64,000 nt of DNA from an uncultured Actinomycetes bacterium (GTDB lineage Bacteria; Actinomycetota; Thermoleophilia; RBG-16-64-13): contig CAIQPS010000142.1 in assembly GCA_903873715.1 (NCBI GenBank), positions 1,693 to 65,692 of the forward strand, in the 5' to 3' direction. The notes under the pieces were generated by a model. It saw only the letters and a program-made list of their open reading frames with translations, was not told the DNA's origin and did not search any database. The first letter of the stretch is position 1. Each line of letters begins with the position of its first letter. The position numbers and the translations under genes were made by a program. This document shows, piece by piece, positions 1 through 10,970 of the stretch.

Positions 1-881
1 TCGGACCAGCCGAGCAGTTCGAAGTGATGATGGATGGGCGTCATGAGGAACACCCGGCGGTGGAAGTAGCGGAAGCTGAACACCTGGATCATCACGCTCA
101 GCGCCTCCACCACGAACAGACCGCCCACCAGGAGCAGGAGCAGTTCCATCTCCGTGATGACCGCCATACCCGCCAGGGCGGCCCCCAAGGCCAACGAGCC
201 CGTGTCCCCCATGAACACCGAGGCCGGGTGGGTGTTGAACCAGAGGAAGCCCACGCACGCGCCGGTCAGGCACGAGCCCAGGATGGCCAGGTCGGTCTGT
301 CCGCGCAGGAAGGCGATGCCGGCGAACGCGAACATCGCCACCGCCACGGTGCCTCCGGCTAGGCCGTCGAGCCCGTCGGTGAGGTTCACCGCATGCGAGA
401 ACCCGGCGATGAGCAGGAAGGCGAAGACGTAATAGAACAGGCCTATCTGGAGCCCCGTCCTTATGAGAGGGATCTCCAACTCGGAGTCCACGCCCCCGTA
501 GTGGAGCGCCAGGAAGCAGGCCACCCCGACCAGCGGCACCTGCAGACCGAGCTTGATCTTGCCGTTGAGACCGAGGGAGCGCTTGCGGTTTCGCTTGAGA
601 AGGTCGTCCGCAAGGCCTATGAGCCCAGAGCCGTAGGTGAGGATGATCACCACCAGGCTGTCCCAGTGCTTGCCCGAGAAGATGAGATACGGGATCAGCG
701 CCGACACCAGGATGAGGATCCCGCCCATGGTGGGAGTGCCCTGCTTGGCGAGGTGCCGTTCGGGGCCTTCCTCCCTGATGTGCTGCCCTATGCCGCGATG
801 CTGGAGGAAGCGGATGAAGCGAGGCCCTGCCACCAAGGCGAGGACGAGCGCGACTAGAGTTGCTCCGAGTATCCTGATCAT
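1..881 (-). CDS. mraY: Phospho-N-acetylmuramoyl-pentapeptide transferase (3' end runs off the window)
   Basis: Manual translation of the minus strand: MIRILGATLVALVLAL...KQGTPTMGG...FLMTPIHHHFELLGWSE; follows murF. Confidence 0.96.
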   Translation of the reverse strand, partial: MIRILGATLVALVLALVAGPRFIRFLQHRGIGQHIREEGPERHLAKQGTPTMGGILILVSALIPYLIFSGKHWDSLVVIILTYGSGLIGLADDLLKRNRKRSLGLNGKIKLGLQVPLVGVACFLALHYGGVDSELEIPLIRTGLQIGLFYYVFAFLLIAGFSHAVNLTDGLDGLAGGTVAVAMFAFAGIAFLRGQTDLAILGSCLTGACVGFLWFNTHPASVFMGDTGSLALGAALAGMAVITEMELLLLLVGGLFVVEALSVMIQVFSFRYFHRRVFLMTPIHHHFELLGWS

Positions 882-906
882 GCTTGTGAGTCCGGGTAGG
901 TGATGG

Positions 907-2349
907 TCACTCGGAAGTAGTTTCGCCGGGTCCCGCCGACCACCTTCCCGCCCGAGCCAGGCCGGCGACGGCTTCCACCATGTCCTCGAGCCTCACGCCC
1001 CGCGACGCCTTGAACAGCACGACGTCCCCGGGCCGGAGCGAGGCCTCCACCGGACCGCTGTCCAGCGGGGAATCGACATGGCCCGCGCCGGCGCCGAAAC
1101 CCTCCGCGGTGGCCCTGGACAGAGCGCCCACGCCCCAGACCAGCTGCACCCCGGCCGCCGCGGCATATTCGCCCGTCTGCCGGTGGAAAGCGAGTTCATC
1201 TGAGCCGAGTTCCCGCATGTCCCCGAGGACGGCAACAGGGCGGCCGCCCAGGCGCGCCGCTACCCTCACCAGGTTGTCGAGGGCGGCCCGAACGGCCGCG
1301 GGGTTCGCGTTGTAGGTGTCGTCGATGATGCATAGGCCGGGCAGGCTGACGATCTCCCCCCGGCCCTTGCCCGGAGTAGAATCGAGGAAGCCGGGAAGGC
1401 AATCGGCGAGCGGCAGCCCGGCGGCGTAGCAGCCGGCGGCCGCGGCCGCGAGATTCTGCAGGGTGTGCACCGGCACAGACGCGATCTTGAGCGAGACGTC
1501 ACCACCCGGCCAGCGGACCTTGAGGGTCTGCTCGTCGGCGCCCTCCTGCGGCTCCGCGGACACCAGGATGTCCGCGTTCTCGTTGGCGCAGAGAAGCCCG
1601 CTCCGCACTGCGAACCGCACCACCGGGCGGCACGCCCGCGCCAGGCACGGCTCAAGAGGTTCGCAGACCAGCGGCACCACTCCGATGCCACCCTCGCGCA
1701 GCCCGGCCACAAGCTCAGCCTTGGCTTCAGCTATATTCTCCAGGCTCCCCAAAAGCTCGAGGTGCACTGGATGGATGTTCGTGATGACACCCACGTCCGG
1801 CTCCGCGATGTCCGCCAAAGCCGCTATCTGCCCCAGTCCGCGCATCCCCATCTCGACGATGACGGCCTCCGTGTCAGCCTCTATCTTGAGTAGAGTCAGA
1901 GGCACGCCGATCTCGTTGTTCTGGTTGGCGGCCGTCACCACGACCTTCCGGACCCGGGCGACCATGGCAGCCATGATCTCCTTGGTGCTGGTCTTGCCGG
2001 CACTCCCGGTGACCGCCAGCACCTTGGCTCCGGACTTGCGCCGCACCTCGCGGGCCAGCGCCCCCAGTCCGGCAAGCGTGTCCGCCACAGGGTAGACGGG
2101 ACCGGCGCCTTCGGCAGTAGCCGCGTCCGCCCTCGCCTCCCACGCGCCGCTCTCCACCACCGCACCGCATGCCCCGGCGGCCAGCGCAGCGGCCACATAG
2201 TCGTGCCCGTCGAAGCGCTCGCCGCGCAGCGCCACGAAGAGATCGCCCTTCTTGAGGGAGCGGGTATCGGTGCTCACCCCGGATACGGCCGTCTGGAGCG
2301 TACCCACGCCGAGCGCCCCACCGGCCTCCTCGGCCGTCAGAGCGAGCAT
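907..2349 (-). CDS. murF: UDP-MurNAc-tripeptide:D-Ala-D-Ala ligase
   Basis: TGSAGKT, NNEIGVP, EMGMRG, DDTYNANP, GDMRELG and KASRG motifs; ATG overlaps the murE stop, so the ORF-track N-terminal extension is spurious. Confidence 0.96.
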   Translation of the reverse strand: MLALTAEEAGGALGVGTLQTAVSGVSTDTRSLKKGDLFVALRGERFDGHDYVAAALAAGACGAVVESGAWEARADAATAEGAGPVYPVADTLAGLGALAREVRRKSGAKVLAVTGSAGKTSTKEIMAAMVARVRKVVVTAANQNNEIGVPLTLLKIEADTEAVIVEMGMRGLGQIAALADIAEPDVGVITNIHPVHLELLGSLENIAEAKAELVAGLREGGIGVVPLVCEPLEPCLARACRPVVRFAVRSGLLCANENADILVSAEPQEGADEQTLKVRWPGGDVSLKIASVPVHTLQNLAAAAAGCYAAGLPLADCLPGFLDSTPGKGRGEIVSLPGLCIIDDTYNANPAAVRAALDNLVRVAARLGGRPVAVLGDMRELGSDELAFHRQTGEYAAAAGVQLVWGVGALSRATAEGFGAGAGHVDSPLDSGPVEASLRPGDVVLFKASRGVRLEDMVEAVAGLARAGRWSAGPGETTSE

Positions 2350-3902
2350 CAGTCCCCGGCCTCCAGGGCACGCAGGGCCTCGCGGGCGACCTCCCGGTCG
2401 TCGAACGGGATGGTGCCCGTCGCGAACTCCTGACCGGACTCGTGGCCCTTGCCCAGGATCATCACCACATCGCCCGGCCTTGCCTCGGCCACGGTCTGGA
2501 ATATGGCCACCCGGCGATCGACCTCGACGGTCGCGGCCTCCGGACGACGCAGTCCCCCGACGATCTCGGCGAGGATGGCGTTCGGGTCTTCGCTGCGCGG
2601 GTTGTCCGAGGTGACCACCACCACATCGGCGTTGTCTTCCGCCTCCCTGCCCATGAGCGGCCTCTTGGTGCGGTCGCGATCCCCGCCACAGCCGATGACC
2701 GCGAAGAGCCGCCCCGTAGTGAGTTCCCGGGCGGTCTTGAGCGCATTGGCGACGGAGTCGGGCGTGTGGGCGTAGTCCACCAGCACGGAGAAGCCCTGGC
2801 CGGCGTCGACGGTCTCCATCCTTCCCGGGACGCCCTTGAACTCGCGCAAAGCGGCCAGCATGCCGTCCAGGTCGAGCCCCAGGCCGATCCCGCAGCCCAG
2901 TGCGGTGAGCGTGTTGGCCACGTTGAACGCCCCTACCAGGCGGGTGAACATCGGCCGCTCGACAGCCGCTTCGCCGCCATCGGCGCTTCCTCCGCCCATC
3001 TGCTCGAGCGCCGACCCACGGACTATCAGCGTGCCTTCGGTGCCCGCGGGGGTCATCACGAAGTCGCTGATCTCCAGGTCGGCAGGCCCCCACTCTCCGG
3101 CATGCGGTGAGGTGGAGAAGCCGATGACCCGGGAACGGTCGCATGCCTTGGCAAGGCGCAGGCCGAACGCGTCGTCAACATTGATGGTGGCCATCGCTCC
3201 ACCGGCCGCGAACTCCTCGTCGAGGAACAGCCGGCACTTAGCGGCGAAGTAGTCCTCGAGGGTGTGATGGTAGTCCAGATGGTCCTGGGTGAGGTTGGTG
3301 AAGGCTACGGCCCGGAAATCGATGCCCTTCGCCCTGCCCAGGTCAAGGGCGTGCGAAGAGACCTCCATGACGGCGGCCCGGTCCCCACCGGCGAGCATCT
3401 GGGCGAAGTCCCGCTGGATGTCGATGGCCTCGGGCGTGGTACGTCCGGCCGGGAGCGTCTGTCCGCCGATGCGCCGCTCCACGGTCCCCATCAGACCCGA
3501 CTGGAATCCCGCCGCACCGAGAAGATGCGCCGCCAGGAAGGCCGATGTGGTCTTGCCGTTCGTGCCGGTGATGCCCACGGTGAGCATCTTGGCACTCGGC
3601 CGGTCGTAGAAGGCCGCGGCCACCGGGCCCATCGCGGCGCGCACCGACGGGACCACCACCTGCGGGATGGGCAGGTCCAGGACGCGCTCGACACACAGCG
3701 CCGCGGCGCCTCGCGACACCGCGTCGGGAGCGAAGTCATGCCCGTCGCGCTTGAATCCGGGGACGCAGAAGAACAGGGTCCCGGGACCCACTTGGTCGCT
3801 TCGGTAGCTGAGCCCGCTGACGACGGTGTCCGCGCCTACCAACCGCTGCCCGTCGACAGAGGCGAAAAGGTCACAAAGTCTCACGGTTACGGATTCTATC
3901 AC
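2349..3902 (-). CDS. murE: UDP-MurNAc-dipeptide:diamino-acid ligase (DNPR motif, meso-DAP type)
   Basis: TGTNGKTT, MEVSSH, FTNLTQDHLDYH, DYAHTPD, SDNPR and GKGHE motifs; GTG start after GGAGGGGG. Confidence 0.96.
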   Translation of the reverse strand: MIESVTVRLCDLFASVDGQRLVGADTVVSGLSYRSDQVGPGTLFFCVPGFKRDGHDFAPDAVSRGAAALCVERVLDLPIPQVVVPSVRAAMGPVAAAFYDRPSAKMLTVGITGTNGKTTSAFLAAHLLGAAGFQSGLMGTVERRIGGQTLPAGRTTPEAIDIQRDFAQMLAGGDRAAVMEVSSHALDLGRAKGIDFRAVAFTNLTQDHLDYHHTLEDYFAAKCRLFLDEEFAAGGAMATINVDDAFGLRLAKACDRSRVIGFSTSPHAGEWGPADLEISDFVMTPAGTEGTLIVRGSALEQMGGGSADGGEAAVERPMFTRLVGAFNVANTLTALGCGIGLGLDLDGMLAALREFKGVPGRMETVDAGQGFSVLVDYAHTPDSVANALKTARELTTGRLFAVIGCGGDRDRTKRPLMGREAEDNADVVVVTSDNPRSEDPNAILAEIVGGLRRPEAATVEVDRRVAIFQTVAEARPGDVVMILGKGHESGQEFATGTIPFDDREVAREALRALEAGD

Positions 3903-3937
3903 CGGGGTGGCCCCCTCCCGAAGCACAGGCCGGAGTC

Positions 3938-5662
3938 TTACTCGGACGACGCGCCGTCCACCTGCTCGGTGCTGGTGGTCGTCTCACCAGGCGTCTGCTC
4001 GGTGCCCGAGGACGGCGGGATGCCCAGGCGTTTGACGGCGAAGTCGGCGATGCGGGCGAACACGGGGGCCGCCACTTTGGCGCCCAGGCGTTCCGTCTGG
4101 GGCTCGTCGATCATCACCAGGATGACCAGCCGGGGAGAGTCCGCAGGCACCATGCCGATGAACGAAGAGATCACTTCGTTGGAATATCCGGCCTTGTCCA
4201 CGTTGGGTTTCTGAGCCGTGCCCGTCTTGCCGGCCACGGTGTAGCCATCCAGCTGGGCTTTCTTGCCGGTGCCCGTCTCGACGGTCACCTGGAGCATCGC
4301 CCTGAGTTGCGCCGCGACTTCCGCGCTGACCACCCGGCGGTTCCACGGCTGCATCGCGTCCTTGACCAGATGGGGCTGCAACAACACACCGTCGTTGGCG
4401 ATGGCCGAGTACGCGCAGGCAAGCTGCAGCGGGGACACGGCCACGCCCTGGCCCATGGGGACCTGATAGATGGTCACGCCGTTCCACTTCTCAGGAAGCT
4501 GCCCCGCGGTCTCCCCAGGGAAGTCGATGCCCAGCTTCTTGGTGAAACCGAACCGCTTGATCATGTCCACCAGCCGGTCCTTGCCCACCTCCCGGCCGAT
4601 CGTGACCGCCCCGATGTTGGACGACTGCGCCAGTATCTGGGTGACGGTCATGGTGCGCCACGGAGGCACTTCCTGATCGGCCTCGTGGATGACCTTGTTG
4701 TAGGCGGTGAGGACGTCCGGCAGCGTGAACTCGGTGTCCGGGTCCACCACCCCGTTCTCCAGTGCGGCGGCGACCGTCACCATCTTGAAGGTGGAGCCCG
4801 GCTCGCACATGTCGGTGACGAGCCAGTTGTGGGTGCCTCCGGTCTTCGGGTCCTGGTCGCCGTAGTCTTCCGGGCTGAAGAGCGGGGTCGAGGCCATGGC
4901 GAGGATCTCACCGGTTCGCGGGTCCATGACCAGCGCACATCCGCGCTTTGCCTCGAACCGGCTCACGGCGTCGGCGACGGCCATCTCGGCCTCGTACTGG
5001 ATCTGGGAGTCGATGGTCAATGTTATCGACTTGCCGGCCACGGCCGGGGTCGCGGACATCGTGTAAAGCCGATCGCCCTTGCGGTCTCTCACCACCTGCA
5101 GGGTGCCGGGATCGCCCGAAAGCACGCTGTTGTAGCCGTATTCGATGCCCTCCATGCCCTTGTAGTCGGTCCCGCCGACGAACCCGAGCAGTTGGGGGGC
5201 CAGCGCCCCTTTCGGATAGACCCGCGTGGCCTCCGACATCACACCGATCCCGTCCAGGCCCAGGGCCTTGACCTGAGCTCCTATCGCCGGGTCCACCCTG
5301 CGGGCAAGGTACTTGAAGTTGGTCTTCGTGTCGGTGAGCTTCTTGTAGAGGTCGGCCTGCGAGACCTTCAGGACGGGGGCCAGCTTTATGGCCGTCTGGG
5401 TCGCGTTCTTGACGTTGGGCAGGTCCGCGTAGATGGTCGACATCTGCCGGGAGATGGCAAGCGTCTCGCCGTTCCGGTCGTAGATGTTCCCTCGCGCCGG
5501 CTCGAGCGTGATGGTGCGGACGTGCTGACTGTCCCCCTGCTCCTGGAGACTGGGGGCCGCGATCACCTGTACATAGAAGGTCCGCCCGAACAGGGCGATC
5601 AGGAACACTACGGCAAGCCCCATGAACAAGGCCAGACGCCTATGGGTCCGGCTGCTGCTCAT
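3938..5662 (-). CDS. ftsI: Class B penicillin-binding protein (FtsI/PBP3-like)
   Basis: N-terminal TM helix, RGNIYDRNG, EPGSTFK (SxxK), SSN (SxN), KTGT; position in the dcw cluster. Confidence 0.93.
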   Translation of the reverse strand: MSSSRTHRRLALFMGLAVVFLIALFGRTFYVQVIAAPSLQEQGDSQHVRTITLEPARGNIYDRNGETLAISRQMSTIYADLPNVKNATQTAIKLAPVLKVSQADLYKKLTDTKTNFKYLARRVDPAIGAQVKALGLDGIGVMSEATRVYPKGALAPQLLGFVGGTDYKGMEGIEYGYNSVLSGDPGTLQVVRDRKGDRLYTMSATPAVAGKSITLTIDSQIQYEAEMAVADAVSRFEAKRGCALVMDPRTGEILAMASTPLFSPEDYGDQDPKTGGTHNWLVTDMCEPGSTFKMVTVAAALENGVVDPDTEFTLPDVLTAYNKVIHEADQEVPPWRTMTVTQILAQSSNIGAVTIGREVGKDRLVDMIKRFGFTKKLGIDFPGETAGQLPEKWNGVTIYQVPMGQGVAVSPLQLACAYSAIANDGVLLQPHLVKDAMQPWNRRVVSAEVAAQLRAMLQVTVETGTGKKAQLDGYTVAGKTGTAQKPNVDKAGYSNEVISSFIGMVPADSPRLVILVMIDEPQTERLGAKVAAPVFARIADFAVKRLGIPPSSGTEQTPGETTTSTEQVDGASSE

Positions 5663-6192
5663 CGGCCTGCGACCGTCGTGTCACCCTCCGTTCCGACCTG
5701 CCCGCTCTCCATGTAGTAGACCTGTTCGGCGGGCTGCATGCCGAGCACGGACGCCTGCTCCGCCACCCGTTCGGGGGCCGACAACGCGGCGATCTGCGAA
5801 GAGAGAGCGGCGATCGAGGACGTGAGTTGCGCCTCGGAGCTCTCCATCAGACCGACCTGCGACTCGGCCTCTGCCGCCCGGGCACTCAGCAACATGGGGC
5901 TGACGATGGCGACGCTCAGCAGCACGGCGGCGAACAGCACGACCACTGCGATCATGTGCCATTGAGGCCGCCGCTTGGTGACAAGGCGAGGCTTGGGTAG
6001 AGGCCTGGCCCTCTGGACCTCCACCTCGGGCTGAGGCACGCGTGCGGTCGCTTCGCGGCCGTAGTAGCGCGCGCTCCGCGACCGGGCGCTCACCCGGGCC
6101 TGCGCCCGCGCGGCGCTCCTGCGGGACGCCGCCGAGGGGACGAGGTCACCCTCCCAGGCTTCCATCCACGTCGTCCGCGCGACCGTGGCCAT
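5659..6192 (-). CDS. ftsL: FtsL-like bitopic coiled-coil cell division protein
   Basis: One TM helix followed by a coiled coil (…LSAPERVAEQA…LGM); lies between rsmH and ftsI with overlapping start/stop codons. Confidence 0.7.
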   Translation of the reverse strand: MATVARTTWMEAWEGDLVPSAASRRSAARAQARVSARSRSARYYGREATARVPQPEVEVQRARPLPKPRLVTKRRPQWHMIAVVVLFAAVLLSVAIVSPMLLSARAAEAESQVGLMESSEAQLTSSIAALSSQIAALSAPERVAEQASVLGMQPAEQVYYMESGQVGTEGDTTVAGR

Positions 6193-7118
6193 CAAAGCTT
6201 CCTCAGCGCGCGCATCTTGGCCGACGCCGCGCGCGGGTTCATCTCCAGTTCGTCCGGCCCGGGGACCACGGCCTTCGGCGTCATGATCGCCCCGGTCGCC
6301 TTGGCGCCGCATGCGCACACCGGGAAGTCCGGTGGGCAGACGCACGGTTTGGCTTTGCCGGTGAAGAAGTCCTTGACCATGCGATCTTCCAGCGAGTGGA
6401 AGCTGATGACCGCCAGGACGCCCCCGCTCTGCAGGAGCTCGAACGCCAGAGGCAGGGCGCGGGCGAGGCTCTCCAGTTCGCCGTTGACCTCGATGCGCAG
6501 GGCCTGGAAGACGCGCTTCGCCGGATTGCCCGCAGCGAAGCGGGCTGGGGTCGGGATGGCGCCCTTGATGGTCTCGACCAGTTCCGAAGTATTCGTGAAC
6601 GGCTTCTTGTCGCGGCGCGCGACGATGGCGCGCGCGATCCTGCGGGAGTACCGCTCCTCGCCGTAACGGCTGAAGATGTCGGCCAACCCGGTGTCAGGCC
6701 AGGTGTTGAGGATGTCCGCCGCGGTCACCCGCAGCGCCGGGTCCATCCGCATGTCCAGAGGGGCGTCGTAGCTGTACGAGAAGCCACGCTCGGGTGTGTC
6801 GATCTGCATGCTGCTGACGCCGAGGTCCATGTAGACGTGGGTGACATGCTCCCCCTCGTCCACAAGGTCTTCGAGACTGTCTGCAAAATCCCCGCGCATG
6901 AACCTGGCGGCGCAGTTCAGCCGGCCGGCGAGCGACTCGTAGTATCCCTCGGCCACCGGGTCGCGGTCGCAGCCGATCAGCAGGCCTTCGGCGCCCAAGA
7001 GTGCGCCCACCGCTTCCGCGTGGCCCCCGGCCCCGAACGTGCAGTCCACGACGCGGCTGTCTTCCTCCACGTCGAGTAGCCGGATCAGGGGCTTGGTAAG
7101 CACGGGGACATGCGCCAT
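6192..7118 (-). CDS. rsmH: 16S rRNA m4C1402 methyltransferase
   Basis: HVPVL, DCTFGAGGH, DLGVSSMQ, PLDMRMD, FQALRI, ISFHSLEDR, NPRAASAK. Confidence 0.97.
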   Translation of the reverse strand: MAHVPVLTKPLIRLLDVEEDSRVVDCTFGAGGHAEAVGALLGAEGLLIGCDRDPVAEGYYESLAGRLNCAARFMRGDFADSLEDLVDEGEHVTHVYMDLGVSSMQIDTPERGFSYSYDAPLDMRMDPALRVTAADILNTWPDTGLADIFSRYGEERYSRRIARAIVARRDKKPFTNTSELVETIKGAIPTPARFAAGNPAKRVFQALRIEVNGELESLARALPLAFELLQSGGVLAVISFHSLEDRMVKDFFTGKAKPCVCPPDFPVCACGAKATGAIMTPKAVVPGPDELEMNPRAASAKMRALRKL

Positions 7119-7149
7119 GGCCATCTCCATCACGAAGGATGCCGCCGCA

Positions 7150-7569
7150 CTAGGCATCGCGGCTCACCATTTGCTGCCTGCGCTCCGCGTACGTCTCGGG
7201 ATCCCAGATCTCCAGATGGTCGCGGGCCCCGATGATGAGCACCTTCCCGGACAACCCGGCCGGCTCGATGTGCTGGCCCAGCAACACCCTGCCCTGGCCG
7301 TCGGGCTCCACCTCGTCCTGGTTGCCGTAGATATCACGGACGAGCCAGGCCGCCTCGAGGTCCTTGAAGTTGTCGAGAGGCTCGACGTTCTTGGCATCGA
7401 ATCTGTCCCACGTGACCGGGTGGAAGACGTTGACGCACGGCTCCCCGTTGGGGAACCGCACGAGCACCACCTTGTTCCTGAAGTACTCCCGGTAGCGGGC
7501 AGGAAGAGTCACACGGCCCTTGGGATCGAGGGTGTGTTCGAACTTGCCGGATAGCTTGAGCTCCTCCAT
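7150..7569 (-). CDS. mraZ: Transcriptional regulator MraZ
   Basis: Two DxxGR repeats (DPKGRV, DGQGRV) and HLEIW; first gene of the dcw cluster. Confidence 0.93.
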   Translation of the reverse strand: MEELKLSGKFEHTLDPKGRVTLPARYREYFRNKVVLVRFPNGEPCVNVFHPVTWDRFDAKNVEPLDNFKDLEAAWLVRDIYGNQDEVEPDGQGRVLLGQHIEPAGLSGKVLIIGARDHLEIWDPETYAERRQQMVSRDA

Positions 7570-7576
7570 GTCTGAC

Positions 7577-7632
7577 ACGGTACGCCACTTTGCACCACTT
7601 TGCAACTTAAATGTGCCACTTTGGGCCACTTT
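7577..7632 (-). promoter_or_regulatory. mraZ promoter (-10 TACCGT, leaderless geometry) with four AAAGTGG direct repeats (MraZ boxes)
   Basis: CCACTTT on + at 7585, 7595, 7616 and 7626 (10/21/10 bp spacing); -10 lies 7 nt before the ATG. Confidence 0.8.
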
Positions 7633-7666
7633 ACTGGTCCGATGCGTGTCAGCCTTGGTCCCATGT

Positions 7667-7675
7667 TGTGCATAA
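7667..7675 (-). promoter_or_regulatory. Single DnaA-box-like site TTATGCACA
   Basis: Matches the TT(A/T)TNCACA consensus, upstream of the mraZ operon. Confidence 0.4.
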
Positions 7676-7823
7676 TCTGTTGCACCAGACCATCACTTGC
7701 ATCATGCGTTGCATCGTCGGGCCGCGCGGGGCCATCGTGGGGATGACGGTGTGCGATCGGAGGCGAGACCGGAAGTTCGGCCAAGAGCAGCGGGCGAGAT
7801 GCGCGCGCCCAGCCGTGCGGGTG

Positions 7824-10109
7824 CTATTGGACGCGCTTGAGCGGCGCGTACTCGAGCAGCAGGCGCTTCTGTTCCCTGCTTTCGGAGAAGAAGACCCGCA
7901 CCACCCCGCCCGGCTCCACGCCGAGCACCACGCCTTCGCCGAACTTGGCGTGCAGCACTTTGTCGCCGGGCGAGAACGCGCCGGCGGCGACTTCCTTCTT
8001 CTGTGGCGCCGAAGGCCGGCCGGTGGGCACCGCGCCGCCGAGGCCCCGGTCGCCGGATGGCCGGCTCCCCCATCCGCCGGACCCGGAACTACCGTATCCA
8101 CCCTGAGAGCTGCGGTATCCACCCCCGCGGCCTCCGGGATACGTCTTGTACTGCTCGGGGATCTCGCTGAGGAACCGGCTGGGCAGTTTGTACCCGGCGC
8201 TGCCGTGCAGCGTCCGGGAGCGGGCGAACGACAGGAACAAGGTGTCCCGCGCCCGGGTGATGCCCACGTAGCAGAGGCGCCGCTCCTCCTCCAGACGCTC
8301 CTCGTCCAGGGAGCGCGAATGGGGGAAGAGGCCCTCCTCCATGCCGGTGAGGAACACGACGGGGAACTCGAGCCCCTTGGCGTTGTGCAGGGTCATGAGG
8401 GTGACCAAGGGCTCGGTCTCCTCCATGCTGTCGATGTCGGCGTAGAGACTGATCTCCTGCAGGAAATCGGCGAGGGTGCCCTCGGGGTTCAGCCGGTCGA
8501 ACTCCTGGGCCACGCCCACGAACTCCTCCAGGTTCTCGAGACGGCCATCGGCCTCCAGGGTGCGCTCGGCTTTGAGCGCAGAAGCCAGCCCACTCTCGTG
8601 CAGCACCTGGCGGACGGTTGCCGCCACTTTGCCGGAGGCCTGCTCCCATGCGGCGAGATCCTGCGCCAGTTTGGTGCACGCGCTGACGGCCGCGCCGCCC
8701 AGACCCGCCTCGGCGGCGTAGAAGAGCGCCTCGCGCATCGGCACGCTGTTCTCCTGGCCGTACATCTGGAGGCGGCCGATGGCCACATCCCCCAGACCCC
8801 GGCGGGGCGTGTTGATGATCCGCACCAGGGAGATGTCGTCGGAAGGGTTGAGCGTGACGCGCAGGTAGGCGAGCAGGTCCTTGATCTCGGCTCGCTGGTA
8901 GAACTTGGTGCCCCCTATGACCCTGTAGCCGATGCCCTGCCGCACCAGCATGTCCTCGATGACCCTGGATTGAGCGTTCACGCGGTAGAACACGGCCACG
9001 TCCGACGCGGGGCGGGTCTTGAGCTGCTTGACGATCTCGTCGCAGACGAGCCTGGCCTCTTCGTGCTCGTCGGCGCACTCGAAGACGGTGATCGGCTCGC
9101 CGGCCCCCCGGTCGGTCCACAGGTTCTTGGGCTTGCGGCCCCGGTTGTTCGACACCAGCGCGTTGGCAGCGTCCAGGATGGTGGTGTACGAGCGGTAGTT
9201 CTGCTCGAGCTTGACCACGGTCGCATCCGGGAAGTCGTCCTCGAAGCTGAGGATGTTCCGGATGTCGGCGCCGCGCCACGAGTAGACCGACTGATCGTCG
9301 TCGCCGACCACGGTGACCTGGCGGTGCTCCTCGGTGAGGAGTTTCACCAGCATGTACTGGGCCCGGTTGGTGTCCTGGTACTCGTCGACGAGCACGTGGC
9401 GGAACAGATCCCGGTAGTAGGCCAAGCGTTCGGGGAACAGTTGCAGCACGTCCACCATGCGCATGAGCAGGTCGTCGAAGTCGAGCGCGTTCGCGTCGAG
9501 CATGCGGGCCTGGTAGCGCCGGTACACGGCGGCCGTGATGTCGTGGAAGCGCTCGTCGTCGTAGCCGCCCTCGGTGTCCCATGCCGTACCGCCGGCGCCG
9601 CCCCCGCCGCGGGCGAACTCGTCCACGTCGATGAGCTTGTTCTTGGCGTCGGAGATGACGTTCTGCAGCGCCTTCGGCGTGTACCGCTTGGGATCGAGGC
9701 GCAGGTCTTCCAGGCAGCGGCGGATGAGCCGTGCAGAATCGTCCTCGTCATAGATGGTGAAACTGGTCTTGTAGCCGAGTAGTTGAGCATCCTGGCGCAG
9801 CATGCGCGCGCAGGAGGCGTGGAACGTCGACACCCAGGTCCACCGGGCGGCCGGACCGAGGAGGGTCGCCACCCGCTCCTTCATCTCCCCGGCCGCTTTG
9901 TTGGTGAACGTGATGGCCATGACCTGATGCGGGCGCACCAAGCCACTCTCGATGAGGAAGGCGAGACGATAGGTGAGCACGCGCGTCTTGCCCGAGCCGG
10001 CCCCGGCGAGCACGAGCAGCGGTCCGGATTCGTGGAAGACGGCCTCTTGCTGACGCTCGTTGAGCTCCGGAGCCAGACGGGAGCGCGGGTCAGACGTCGT
10101 CGGGGCCAT
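7824..10109 (-). CDS. pcrA: ATP-dependent DNA helicase PcrA/UvrD
   Basis: [52 protein letters not shown]-terminal Tudor-like VLHAKFGEG. Confidence 0.96.
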   Translation of the reverse strand: MAPTTSDPRSRLAPELNERQQEAVFHESGPLLVLAGAGSGKTRVLTYRLAFLIESGLVRPHQVMAITFTNKAAGEMKERVATLLGPAARWTWVSTFHASCARMLRQDAQLLGYKTSFTIYDEDDSARLIRRCLEDLRLDPKRYTPKALQNVISDAKNKLIDVDEFARGGGGAGGTAWDTEGGYDDERFHDITAAVYRRYQARMLDANALDFDDLLMRMVDVLQLFPERLAYYRDLFRHVLVDEYQDTNRAQYMLVKLLTEEHRQVTVVGDDDQSVYSWRGADIRNILSFEDDFPDATVVKLEQNYRSYTTILDAANALVSNNRGRKPKNLWTDRGAGEPITVFECADEHEEARLVCDEIVKQLKTRPASDVAVFYRVNAQSRVIEDMLVRQGIGYRVIGGTKFYQRAEIKDLLAYLRVTLNPSDDISLVRIINTPRRGLGDVAIGRLQMYGQENSVPMREALFYAAEAGLGGAAVSACTKLAQDLAAWEQASGKVAATVRQVLHESGLASALKAERTLEADGRLENLEEFVGVAQEFDRLNPEGTLADFLQEISLYADIDSMEETEPLVTLMTLHNAKGLEFPVVFLTGMEEGLFPHSRSLDEERLEEERRLCYVGITRARDTLFLSFARSRTLHGSAGYKLPSRFLSEIPEQYKTYPGGRGGGYRSSQGGYGSSGSGGWGSRPSGDRGLGGAVPTGRPSAPQKKEVAAGAFSPGDKVLHAKFGEGVVLGVEPGGVVRVFFSESREQKRLLLEYAPLKRVQ

Positions 10110-10914
10110 CGAGCCTCACAGGGTCGCATTCGTTCAGGGTCTCGGGCGGCGGAGTGGCGCCGCGCAGTTCCTCGATCTCGTTCTCCAGCATCACGACCCT
10201 GCGGACGAGACAGCGCATGGCTTCCGCGACCGGGTCGGGAAGGTGCGTGTAGTCGATGTCCGGGATCCCCACCTTCGCCCCGGCCGTGATGACCGGCCGG
10301 CCCGGGTTGCCGACCACGGTGGTGTTGGAGGGCACGTTCTGGACGACGACACTCCCCGCCCCCACCTGCACGTTGTCGCCCACCGTGATCGAGCCGAGGA
10401 GCAGCGAGCCCGCGCCGATGACGACGTTGTCGCCGACGGTCGGGTGGCGCTTGCCGGTCTCCTTGCCTGTCCCGCCGAGCGTGACGCCCTGGTAGATGGT
10501 CACGTTGTCGCCTATCTCGGCCGTCTCCCCTATGACGACCCCCGAGCCGTGGTCGATGAACAGCCCCTCGCCGAGCTTCGCCCCCGGGTGGATCTCTATG
10601 CCGGTGAGCAACCGCCCCACCTGGGACACGAGCCGCGGGGCGACCGGGACTTCCATCTCCCAGAGCGCATGGGCGGCACGGTGGAACCACAGGGCGTGAA
10701 GACCGGGATAGCAGGTGAGTATCTCGAACTCGTTCCGGGCGGCGGGGTCCCGCTGGCGGATGGCCGCGATGTCCCGGCTCATCTGAGACGCCGCGCCCCT
10801 GCCCGCGTCCCGGACGCTCGCGGCGGCCTTGAACGCGCCGGACAGAGCTTCCCGAGCGGCGAAACGGCACCAGCCGCCGGCCTGCAGCATGAGAGTGTTC
10901 TGGGGTCCAGTCAT
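10090..10914 (-). CDS. cysE: Serine O-acetyltransferase (start may instead be 10782)
   Basis: RDPAAR, YPGLHA, IEIHPGA, FIDHG, GKRHPT and hexapeptide repeats; TGG-TATCGT -10 lies 8 nt before ATG 10914. Confidence 0.94.
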   Translation of the reverse strand: MTGPQNTLMLQAGGWCRFAAREALSGAFKAAASVRDAGRGAASQMSRDIAAIRQRDPAARNEFEILTCYPGLHALWFHRAAHALWEMEVPVAPRLVSQVGRLLTGIEIHPGAKLGEGLFIDHGSGVVIGETAEIGDNVTIYQGVTLGGTGKETGKRHPTVGDNVVIGAGSLLLGSITVGDNVQVGAGSVVVQNVPSNTTVVGNPGRPVITAGAKVGIPDIDYTHLPDPVAEAMRCLVRRVVMLENEIEELRGATPPPETLNECDPVRLDGPDDV

Positions 10915-10970
10915 GGGGCGTTACGATACCATGCGCCGGCGGCCCGCCCGGCCGTGGGTCATGGCCCCGC

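Noticed and set aside
2350..3144. Long N-terminal extensions in the ORF track for murF (also folC, valS, the radical SAM gene, addA, mreD and DUF1844)
   Set aside because: They overlap neighbouring real genes; starts were reassigned to coupled or SD-supported codons
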